From assembly GCA_051294375.1 (NCBI GenBank), contig JBJCIZ010000239.1, positions 4,531,834 through 4,595,833 of the forward strand: DNA of 64,000 nucleotides, given 5' to 3'. Source of the DNA: Paraspadella gotoi. Taxonomy: Eukaryota > Animalia > Chaetognatha. Of this stretch, positions 1 through 11,129 are shown piece by piece (position 1 is the first letter of the stretch; each line of letters begins with the position of its first letter). The translations under genes were made by a program, and so were the position numbers. The notes under the pieces are model-generated. The model was not told the origin of the DNA. It saw only the letters and a program-made list of their open reading frames with translations, and did not search any database.

Positions 1-3000
1 GGATACGCGGGCTGTACGAAGTGCAAGATGAAGATTATCGCCAGTTGCCGAGCGAAAAAGCGTGATTGTGGCTGCATTGGGATATTTGGATGGGGCTTCA
101 TACTGATTTCCATCAGTGGTTGCGGCGGCAGTGGCAGCAATTGACAGCCTTTCCAGTGTGGGATTTAAGTCCAGGAGCTGAATGTCAAAAAGTTGTCGTG
201 AAAAGGTTGGATCTCGGCGTGCCCAGCGAAAATATTTCATCTCTTGCTGAGCAATTGCAATATCTTCCGCATTGGGGGCACATCATCTTGGTCGTCCTCA
301 TCCTTATTCCACTTACACGCAATAATTTGTTGCAAGGGAGTGATGCTGTCATCTCTGATCTTTGGCTGGGGTAAGAAGCGGAGTGGACCAGTGGTTTCTT
401 CATCCGAGTCGCTGTCATATTCATCGCTGTCACTGTCATCGTCATCTCCCTCATAACCATCAAAGTAAGCAGAGCGCCTATAGATGCAGTCCGTGATTTC
501 TCTGGTTTTTAATCTATCGTCAATTTTGAACAATTCTTCCTGACAAAAGCAGCAACTGCACAATGGAGACAATTCACATTCCTCCCAAAATCCTCTCTCT
601 GTCCGTTGATCTGCCGTTGCTCGATCGGTGAGTCCACCCAGGACGGCAAGAGTACCATCGCCTGGAGAGAAAGAGGAGAGAGGAGATGGTGCAATGGATA
701 CCAGGGAAAAGTCGGTCCGTGGCGAAGGTTGTTGACCGCCCGTAGGTAGTACGGTCCATGTGTCAGTCTCAGTGCTGAAGGCAAAGACAGTGTTGGCAAA
801 ATCGGTGAGTGGGTTGTCGATGTGGGTTTTCGTGTTGAAGATGTCGTCACCAATGTCGTACCTTGGAAAGTGTAAAAGGTGTATTGTAAAAAGAAAAAAA
901 TATTTTGAGAGATGAAGAAAAATGATATGAACAAACAAGGAAATAAAAAATGAAACAAAAAAGAAAGAAAGAAATAAAGTATAAAAGAAGAAAGCTCTTA
1001 CATAAAGAAATTTATCTTTCCCCTTTTTCCCACCCCTCCACCCTCCTCGCTAAACTCCACTCACCTATCCTTCCTTTTACTCCACTCCTTCAATTCTTTC
1101 CTCCGATAATCCCCCCTTCGAGGCCGCCGCGAAAGCGTCAGCAGCCGCCCGCCGACCACGGCGCTCGTCGCGACCATAGCCGGCGGTTCTCCGCCACAGC
1201 GCATCGCGCTCCAAACGGGACGAACATCGCCGTCAGCCGCGCCGTTGCCGTCGAACCGCAGCTGGAAATCGTCGAATCCAGCGCCAGGACGTTTGAAGAC
1301 GAAAAGACGCTGGCCATCGGGAGTAGGCGTCGTCCAATCGGGTCGACGTTTCAGTCTTAGAAAAAGCGTCGTCGCTTGATCGAATGTCATAGCCGCGTTG
1401 GTCGTTTCAATTGCGGACCAAGACTTGGAACCAAAATCGAAACGAAGAAGAGTGAGCGTAAAGATGCCAGGAGGAAGGATGAGGGCGGGTCGGTCTTCGA
1501 CGTCCCGACTCCGTCGTCGACGATATCGCCGAGGCGTCGCGTTTTCCCTGCACAGCTTCCTCAGCCGACGTCGTTCCAGCCTGGTAAGAGCGCTCAGCGC
1601 CAAGTATCCGTCGCCAAGCGCCACACCTCCAAACGCCAAGCATCGAGAGGCCAAGAAGGCTTCGCGTTCCACTCGTTGGTCCTCTTCCACCACGTCGTCC
1701 ACGACCGCCGCTCCCGGCCCAACTACCCAATCTTCCTCCCACGCGTCGTCCACCTCCCATTCCTCCGTCTCGTTGTATTCCGGCGCGTCTGCCAGGAGAC
1801 GCAGCGGGACGTCCGCCCCGCCGATCTTGGTCAGCTGCCGCCATTTGATGCGGGATTCCCGTCTGGCTCCGCAGAAAACCGGCGGGGCCACGGAGAAAAT
1901 TTTATCGGGAAGGAGACCCCGGCGTCGGTGGCGAAGAAAGAGGAAGATTTTGTTGCCTCGGACGACGGCGTCGTGGAGAGAAAGGGAAGAGGGGGCGGCG
2001 TTGAAAGTCGATGCATTTCCTGGGGAAGGAATTATTAATTATTTCTATGACTATTAATAATATTAATATAATTATTATCAGGATAGAGCCTTACCATACA
2101 TAGATACATACCTTTAGAAATTATTATTATATTTAGTAATGATGTTATTATTATCATTATTATTAAAGATAATAAAATAATAATAAATAATAATAGATAA
2201 TAATAAATAACTTAAAATATATAAAAATATAAAGTATTGTAATTTGCGCTGTTTAATTAAATATATTATATATATATATATTTATTTATATATATATCTA
2301 TATTATATAACATATTTTTATTAAATATCATTAATATTATTACTAATATTATTATCATTTTTATTATTAATTAACTTACCCAATGGATATTCTCCTTCAT
2401 TCCTCCAGGGAAAAGCGGCGGGAGTGAAATAACTCCAGAGGACAAAGCGAAGCGATGAAACAGTTTGAGTTCTTCGTGTGATCCTCCTCACGGATTCCAC
2501 TAACTCGATTCTTTGAGAGGGGGGAAGGGGGTAGGTAAGGTCGGGAGGGTGAAAGAAATAAAAGTTAATGGTGGAATTAATTCAAGTGGGTGGGTTGTAA
2601 TAACAAAAAAATCGCGTGAAAAGTTGCGACAAGGCAGAAGGTTGAGTTGGTGTACAATTTTTTTAAATTGATTGAATTAACTGTAACATGCAAATTAGAT
2701 TTTTGATTTAAACTTTTAACACTTTATTTTTATTTCGTTATAATAATGTGATTAATTAATTTAACAAAGTTTTTGATTTAATTTGTACAACGATTTAATT
2801 TTTTTTATCTTAGCAGACATGTTTCGGCTCACAAATTCGAGCCTTCATCAGCGCTTTTTTACAGTTTTGCTAAGATAAAAAATAAAATCGTTGTACAAAT
2901 TAAATCAAAAACTTTGTTATTCTCTCAAAAACAACGAAAGAAAGGATTATACCATGGATTAATTAGTTAAAAATTTAGAACAAAAAAAAATTAAAAAGGA

Positions 3001-3269
3001 TTATTATATATGGGTTTTTATTTATTATTCCTAAATCTATTATTATTTAGCAATTTTAATAATATATTTTTTTAATATTTTCTTAATATTTTTAAATTTA
3101 GTATTTTATATCTATTTTTAGATTAATATTAAAGAAAATTCATAATTACATACCTATAAATATATTCTCCCATAGAAACGTAGACGTAAGATTTGTCGAT
3201 GTCGAAAATTTTTTTTCCGAAATTATCCATGAGTTCGTAGTCGGAACCGTGAGAGACCCAAGTAGCCAT
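1..3269 (-). CDS. Kelch-repeat/beta-propeller-like protein, 4 exons (3269-3154, 2510-2380, 2019-1065, 861-<1); runs off the window start
   Basis: ATG at 3269 in a GCCATGG context. Three GT-AG introns with matching phases (2,1,2) give a continuous frame MATWVSHGSDYELMDNFGKK...YIYR/IELVES...EYPLG/NASTF...RKDR/YDIGDD. Kelch-like blades: VFAFSTETDTWTVLPTGGQQPSPRTDFSLVSI...LAVLGG and WSAMRCGGEPPAMVATSAVVGGRLLTL. One apparent frameshift at the G5 run 274-278. Family assigned from motif resemblance only. Confidence 0.75.
2762..2919. repeat. Near-perfect ~53-bp inverted repeat (2762-2815 / 2868-2919) enclosing the hammerhead; PLE pLTR-like remnant
   Basis: taacaaagtttttgatttaatttgtacaacgattt...atcttagca is the reverse complement of tgctaagata...aaatcgttgtacaaattaaatcaaaaactttgtta. 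Confidence 0.9.
2812..2855 (-). ncRNA. Minimal type I hammerhead ribozyme of the Penelope-like-element (PLE) type
   Basis: Minus strand reads AGCG CUGAUGA A GGCUC-GAAUUUGU-GAGCC GAAA CAUG UC UGCU. This gives intact core boxes, a 5-bp stem II, a palindromic minimal stem III (ACAUGU), a GUC cleavage triplet and stem I AGCG/UGCU. Confidence 0.85.
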
Positions 3270-3280
3270 GGCTGAGGCCG

Positions 3281-3329
<49 letters not shown>

Positions 3330-4429
3330 CGAGAGAGAGCGAGGATAACTTTTCAACAATGTTTACTTTTATATCGTGAGTTTTATTTCGAGTTTGATTC
3401 AGTTCATAGACATTAAACGAAACTAAAAAGTCAAAACATGATAAAAGTTTAAAGAGCAATATTTTAATGATGAAACACTTTATCCATCATTTTATTATTC
3501 CCTACGAAGGTTGCATTGGTGAATAGTGCATTTTATTGAATGTGGTACATGTTAAGGTGGAGTAGGTTGAAAACTAGAAGTTCTCTCGTACAGATAATGA
3601 AGTACTTTTATTCGTATCAGGGTTTAGATAATGTGATAACGTAATAACAAAATTGAAAAAAATATATGGTGAGCTTTCTAATCTCCATAAAACCAGTTGC
3701 TATAAAATTATACATAAAAAAAATGTTGTTCAATTTATCATGTATCAATAAATATTCAAATGCTTCCGCGTAACAACAAAATGAACAAATTAAAAAAAGT
3801 TACAGTACAAATCGATTTATTCAAAAAAAAGTTATAGCACCGTATATACGAAATCTGTTTAAATAATAACGAATGTTAATCAAAAACGATTATGTAAAAT
3901 TTTTAGTTAGGTTTTTTTTTTTTTGCCGCGAGTATTCTATGAGCGAGACAGATAATTAATATTAATAAATAGAAAATAATTAATTATTGGGACGACAATG
4001 CGCTGGGTTAATTTTCGAGTAAAAGAAAAAAATGAAGACGGAAGGAAAAACAATTTATGATAATCGATTCTGCTGAGGAATCGGAGCCTTTCATGGTGCA
4101 GCCGAGAGAGATATAGAGCAAGAGAGAGAGCGAGAGAGAGAGAGAGTGATGCAGAGAGTTAGCGAAGAAGAGAGAGAGAAAAATCCTGCAGCGTCGCTGT
4201 ACAATAACCGTCTTCATCGGCTGACCAATGACCATTTTCAACCTTAAGGTGTAGCGAACCAACAACACAACGACAACAACATTTATTCGGCTACGTGTGT
4301 CAAAAAGAAATCGATAATTTAATTAAAATATTGATATATTGAATTAATTAATATAATTGATTAATCTAATTTATTGAACTTAAAATTAAAAACGTTTGCA
4401 GATTTTAATTTTGAGTATTGAAAAACATC

Positions 4430-4828
4430 TACAACGACAACAAACGAATCCGCAGGCATCGATGAACAGAGGACAAGGTAACAACGACGCGAACGACGAC
4501 GACGACAAGAGGGATGCAGAGGACAGACGAAAGCGACGAGACGACGAAGAGAATGCAGACGACGACGAAGACGAAGAAGACGAAGAGGATGCAGACGCGA
4601 CGAACGAGGAAAGAGCACGACGAGCGAACGAAGACAGCGACGAGACGACGAGACGAATGCAGACGACGACGACGAAGAAAGAGTGCGACGACGACGACGA
4701 CGAAGACGAAAGACAGACCGACGGACGGACGAATGCAGCAGACAGATTTACAATTAATTGTAGAGATGCATCGCATCGACGGTGGAATGGCGACGAAGAG
4801 TGAAAGGAGAGAGAGAGAAGAGAGAGAG

Positions 4829-4906
<78 letters not shown>

Positions 4907-5110
4907 GATGGGGCCAATAAAGGGCAACGAATTTTCAAGTTTCTTTCGGTCAAACTCAAAACAAGGAAATGCGACGAACACTATCTCTCTCTCCTCTTCT
5001 CTCTCTCTCTCTCTCTCCCTCTCTCTCTCTCTCTCTCCTCTTCTCTCTCATCTTCTCACTCGTCTCTCTCTCTCTTCTCTGCTCTCGTTCTCTCGTTCTC
5101 ATCTTTGAAA
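4430..5110. repeat. Low-complexity (GAC/GAA)n tract followed by (GA)n and (TC)n microsatellites
   Basis: Read directly; no splice or domain support for the overlapping ORFs. Confidence 0.7.
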
Positions 5111-5205
5111 CAAAGAAATATTGTGACAGACCGATTTCCCTCTCTCTCTATTTTCTCTTTTTCTCTACTAAAATGTTCTCGTAGGCAACATGTAACATAT
5201 GTATC

Positions 5206-5340
5206 TGGGACCTGCTAAGTCATTTATTTTGTAAGAGTGATGGAGCCTTAACACACCACCAAAGCCCTGTCAAAGTCAGGGGCAAGATAGCTTATTTATT
5301 AAGAATGGATAGATTTTTATATTGGTTGTACCAATTTCAT
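5206..5340 (+). mobile_element. Dispersed repeat family A, 3' part. Other copies at ~8828-9235, 23170-23620, 34360-34465, 46030-46225 and 55340-55528
   Basis: Shared string gggacctgctatgtcatt...gtaagagtgatggaggccttaa..caccaaag...caagatagcttatttatt...gaatggata.tttttatattggttgtaccaatttcat in several copies. Confidence 0.75.
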
Positions 5341-5458
5341 ACATAAATAAACACTCACACACACAAAAATAGAGAGAGAGAGAGAATAAATTAATAAGCT
5401 CAACACGGAAGCTGCTGCTCCCAAAACGAAAAACTTGATGATTGGCAGTTGAATCCGG

Positions 5459-5499
<41 letters not shown>

Positions 5500-6732
5500 T
5501 GAATGAGAATATTTCTCAGGATCAATGACATCATCGCTCCAAAAATTCACACAAAAAAAAATATAAAGAAAAATGAAGAATTCGCAATAAAGACTTTGAA
5601 GGGAAGGGCGATCGAGAAGGCATTCCAACTAATTGATTAGTTAAAAGGAGAAACTTTCACCACCAGGGGCTTTAAATAAAAGGACAAGAACAACAAAAAA
5701 ACTAAAGTTTAAAGTTGAGTTGAGAGAATAGAATAAGGGTTAGAATCTTCGTCCCGAGGCCGTCTTAGCCGTTTAGAGTAACGGGGCATTGACCCGCTAA
5801 TAACGCGGTGTTACAGCCTATGAGATTCTTTTTAAAAAGGAAAGAATTAAAAAAAAAAAAAGCGAAAATAATTCAGGAAATACTGTGTCATTTTCGGTCT
5901 TGAGATCGGAAACTTAATACTGCATAGTTTGTGAAAGAATTGGTTATTTATGTTAAAACCTTACAAACGATTAACCATAAGACGCTTGTTAACAAGCATT
6001 TTATGTTATGTTATATGTTATATCTTATGTTATGTTATGCTCGATTCTAGCGGAATGACGTGATTATCAGGAAATTCGTCCACGAAAGAAAGTTACTTCG
6101 GCGCGCAACTCATTCAACTTGCCGGTTGTTACTTTTTTTTGTTGCTGTCACTCTTTTTAAAGTTAAACAAATTGTTCAAATTTTCTACATACTTATGATT
6201 TTTGTTTTGTAATTATTTTTTTTTTATCTGTCTTATCTGGTTTTGAAAAAAAAAAAAGGTTTTTTCTGGTCTAAAAGTAAAAAAAGGATTTTTTCTTTCT
6301 TACTTATTATCTCTGGCCTCCTCGCTCTCTCTCGCGATCTCCTCCTCTCTCAGTCTCCTTTCCTCTCTCNNNNNNNNNNNNNNNNNNNNNNNNNTCTCGT
6401 TACTCCTTGGTCTACAAATCGCGTTAAACAATAAAAGTTTTAGTTTTCGTTTGATTTATTATTGCTTCTCTGTCTCTCTCTCTCTCCTCTCATGTCGTCT
6501 CGTACTTATCTCTCTTTGCTCTCTCTTCTCTCCTCTCCGCTCTCTCGTCTCGTCCTCTCCCTCCGCTTTCTCTCGTCCTCTCTCTTCCTCTCGCGCCTCT
6601 CCCCAGTATGATGTCAGTGCGCCCGATGTTTCACGTTTTCAAACACAAGTTAGTCACATAACAATTCCATAAACTTTTACCTCGTCGTTATTTTACCGAA
6701 AAAAAAAAAACAACAACAACAAAACTCTTACT

Positions 6733-6942
6733 TTTTTCGTTGTTATATGACCATACAATGCAACATATGCACAGAGACGGTAGCCGTAACTTTCAGAAGG
6801 TTTAGGTAGCCAAAGGGTCTGGGAGATTTTGCTGTTTGATGCTTTGCTTTACCATCTTTTACAGGAACCGTTCCGACCAGGACCTGAACCCGGGATCAGG
6901 GAATTCGGAGTTAAAGCGTTAGCCCTGTGATCTATTACGGCG
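6733..6942 (-). mobile_element. tRNA-derived SINE-like element; a second degenerate head lies at ~37910-37985
   Basis: Minus strand: gccgtaaTAGATCACAGGG (A-box-like)...ccgGGTTCAGGTCC (B-box-like) tggtcggaacggttcc, with an A-rich 3' end. The tcggaacggttc signature and gctaacgctt recur at 37920-37975. Confidence 0.5.
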
Positions 6943-7997
6943 CTGACAAAAAAACGATCGTATCCAATGGGTAGTGATATTACGTCACTCTAAAGTGTTA
7001 TCTTACGCGATATCGACTGACCGACCGAAAAGTGACTAATTAAGTTGCTCCGGGAAAGGAAGGAGCAGGACAGCAACTCAAAATGACCCCGCGTGAACAT
7101 TTTGATTTCTCGGAGGGACAGTTGTTTATTTTTTTTTCTCCTTTTTATGACTTTCTAAAGTTTTAAGAATCGTTCATTACTGATACTTATCGCCTTAAGC
7201 GTCAAAAAAATTATTATTTTCGGTTCGTTTTTGTTAATTAAAAAATAATTAAATAATAGATTAACTTTAACTATTTCATTAATTTGAGATTTTTTTGATG
7301 GAGACAAGTGAAATCACTTCCTTTTCCGGCCATATAAGTTAGCAAGTGAAATTGAAGAGNNNNNNNNNNNNNNNNNNNNNNNNNNNNNNNNNNNNNNNNN
7401 NNNNNNNNNNNNNNNNNNNNNNNNNNNNNNNNNNNNNNNNNNNNNNNNNNNNNNNNNNNNNNNNNNNNNNNNNNNNNNNNNNNNNNNNNNNNNNNNNNNN
7501 NNNNNNNNNNNNNNNNNNNNNNNNNNNNNNNNNNNNNNNNNNNNNNNNNNNNNNNNNNNNNNNNNNNNNNNNNNNNNNNNNNNNNNNNNNNNNNNNNNNN
7601 NNNNNNNNNNNNNNNNNNNNNNNNNNNNNNNNNNNNNNNNNNNNNNNNNNNNNNNNNNNCTGAATCTAAATTTGAATCTAAAAGAGACGACATTAGGTCC
7701 TAAATTAATCTAATAAGTAATTAATAATTAATAATTAATAATTATTAATTAATATTAAATAAATTTTATTAGGAATTAGCGAAAATTTGACTTTTATGTT
7801 GTTAAAATTCAAATTTTCGCTAATTCCTAATACAACTCACACAACGAAAAGAAAGGATTATTATACTATAAATTTTATTAAGTTGAATTCAAAATTAAAA
7901 TTGACTAATATTATCAAGCAAAGTATGAAGCGAATTACAAACGGCGTGGGAAGCCTAAGAAAAACCCATTAGCTTTGTCAACCGATGATTTACAATG

Positions 7998-8042
<45 letters not shown>

Positions 8043-8827
8043 TCTCTCTCGTAAACAAAAATATGTCCAGAAAGACGAACAGAAATATATATATCTTTAT
8101 TTGATTTATTCGGTTTTTCCATGAAGCTCTTGGTAAAGATTTCAGTACTCACTTTTTGGTCGGTCTGTCGGTCCGTCAGTCAGTCTTATTCATATATGTT
8201 TTAAATGCTCATAACTTAAGTAATAATGCATCATTTTGATTATTACCTGATAGTAGGGTGGCTTAGCATAAGATGCATAATGTACACATGTTTTACAGTT
8301 ATGTATTCAAGTAATCATTAGAAAATGTATTAATGCGAATTTATTAGGAAATGTATCAATGCGAGAAAGTTACTGCGCCGCAACATCTTGAACTTACCCT
8401 TTCTTGTTTTTTGACTGAAACAAATTTTAAAACTTTATTCATTCATAGGAAAACTAAATTTAAATAGAAAAATTAAATAGGGATCATAAAAACAATGCAA
8501 TGGTTCTAAAATATCTAAAATTCACTTATTCTTTTTGTAGTTTTTTTTGTGGTTTTTTTCTTTCTAGAGGTTAATTTGTGGGAGCATTCATATCTCTTTC
8601 TTCGGTCATTCATTGCCCGTTCTTCTTGTCAAGCAAACTTCTTTTTTTATTTTTAAATTTGTGTTATTTACTCGTTTAATTTAATATCGGTAAATATAAT
8701 ATTTTACAAAAAGTTCTCAAATTATTTGTTCGATGGGCATTCATCAACTAAGGACAAAAGAAAGAGAAGGGGTTGAGGAATTTAGTTAAATCTCATATGT
8801 AATTATGTAGTAATATGTAGTAATCTC

Positions 8828-9235
8828 ATGAAATTGGTACAACCAATATAAAAATTATCCATTCATTTACTAAAATAAACTATCTTGCCCCAGACTTTGG
8901 ACAGGCAGGTCCCTACAAGCTTTCAATCAAGACTCACTCACAGTCTCGTTTATGTAGTAAAATCTAATCTATCATATCTAATTTATCATATCTTATGCTT
9001 ATCTAATATTTATGGAAGTGGTCTTTTCATACAATTGAAACATTCTTTCAAATATTATACCACTTCATTGACAGGGAAGCCAGGTACTCTGGGACTGAAT
9101 AAACGAGACTGTGTGAGTCTTGATTGAAAGCTTATTAAGACCTGATATGACTTGACTTGATCACTCTTTTAAGATAATGACATAGCAGGTCCCAGCAAGC
9201 TTTCAATCAAGACTCTCCCAGAGTCTCGGTTATTT
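8828..9235. mobile_element. Family A repeat cluster in inverted arrangement (minus 8828-8953, plus 9015-9150, minus 9180-9235)
   Basis: aagctttcaatcaagactc..agtctcgtttat (minus) flanks aataaacgagactgtgtgagtcttgattgaaagctt (plus) on both sides. Confidence 0.7.
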
Positions 9236-11129
9236 AAGGTTTAGATATTTTCGGCATTATATCCATGGACCTAAATCGATCGAAAGAAACGCGGCGACGA
9301 ATTCTCACTCTCGATTGGCTCAGGGAGCAAAAAGTTTTAACCAATCGGCAAAATTCGCATCTTCGATGCGTTTAATGTTTTACTCGTCGAGAAAAACATC
9401 CGTTCCTCTCTCTCTCTCTCTCTCTNNNNNNNNNNNNNNNNNNNNNNNNNTTCAAACCTGTGCCAATCAAATCAAATAAGAAAAGTTCTATTTTAATTAT
9501 ATTATAAGGATCAATACTATATATAAAATATAACCCTACCTGGGAAAATTTTAAAAAAAATATATTTTTTTTTGAAATTAAATTAATGTCACGGATAATA
9601 TGTTTATTCATAAGTTGATTTTTAGAATTTTCACCCGTGTATGTAACTTTCACTACGCCCTACATCCATCAGTTTAAAAGCAGGATCGCGTCTTTAAACG
9701 GTTTAAAAAAAATTAAAAAAATTAATCTCTAATTAATAATAATAATAAATAAATAAAAAACAAATTAAACATGAAACGTACGCCTTCAGGGTAGCCGCAT
9801 CTCAAGGCGATGTCAAAAAATTTTGAGCGAGTTACATGCTCAAAACGAATATTTAGGGACATTTAAGAATACTTTTCAATGGACAAAAAATTTATAATTA
9901 TGGCCTCTGATACCCCTAGTAATTGAATTTTGTAAATATATATATAAATAGATAGGAAAAAGGCGCAAAAATTTTTTGGGAATTTGTTAAATTTTAAAGG
10001 ACCAGTCAGATAGCTCACTAAAAAAGTTGTCTACCACTGGAAGTTATAATTCTTTTTTAAATTTATTTTATACGATGTGGTCAAAAATAAGAAAAACCGT
10101 AAAAAATCATCATCTTTCATGATTTTAATCAGTTTTTTTTAATTTTTCACTCTTAGAAAAACGTAAGAATTTTTTAAAAGCTCTTTGCAATATATTTCTT
10201 GTTAAACTTTTTTATGCTCTATCAAGGAATCCCAAAAAATTTTAAGATTTAAAAAAATAATTTTTGCTCTATATAGTAATATAAGTTATTTTTAATTAGG
10301 CTAGCTACCCTCAGAAAAAGGCATTTTTGACAAAAAAATATTTTAATACCATAAACTCTATGGTCAAGATAGATTATTTTTAACGCTGTTTATACATTAG
10401 CATTTAAATTTCATCGGCTATGGCTAGCCTTGCGATTAGTTTCTTGCAAGGACCCGGATAAGTAAACTTTTCTAAATTTTAAAATTATCAATAACTATTA
10501 TTAAATCATATTTAACATCGGTGATATAGCATCACTTCATGATTTACTTCACTCAAAGGTTTTAAGCGAGTTTCATTAATGAGCAAATGATCAAACTGAT
10601 GGTCTTTTGTTAAAACTTTTCGACCTTGACGTTAATCATAGGATGGCTTTGCGTTCTCTTGAGAACGTACTACTACTAGATTAACTATTGTAACTAAAAC
10701 AAATTCCCCAGTACCAATGTTCATTATCATTTTTTTAAATACTAGCTGAGCTGCCATTTAAATTTGTTGTACAGTCCTAGTTTTATACAATTACAGAAAT
10801 TAAGCAAACGAAAACATATTATTATATACGTACATAAACTATATATAATAATCAAATAATCATGAACAAAACCTTTTTGACAATAACAGACTCATCAGTC
10901 AGCGTCATGTATGAGAGAGCAGGTTCCGGGTTGGGACATGGATCAAGATGACGTAAGGCGCGAGGAGGCATGTATCCGGAGGCTCCCATGGCATTAAGAA
11001 TAACTCGACCGAAGACGAATCGTCAACCAAGTGATGGAACCGTGATTCAAACTACAGAGAATTTGAAAGAAGGGTAGGTTGATATCGTGAAAGAGGAATT
11101 ATGAATTTTAAATTATTCATTCATACGAA

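Noticed and set aside
1376-2057. Plus-strand ORFs of 219-220 aa
   Set aside because: Antisense shadows of the GC-rich minus-strand exon 3, which has phase-consistent splice sites
4396-5218. D/E-rich and (RE)n ORFs
   Set aside because: Products of trinucleotide and (GA)n repeats; no domain or splice support
9651-9660. CACTA pentamer as a CACTA transposon terminus
   Set aside because: No matching inverted terminus or TSD found
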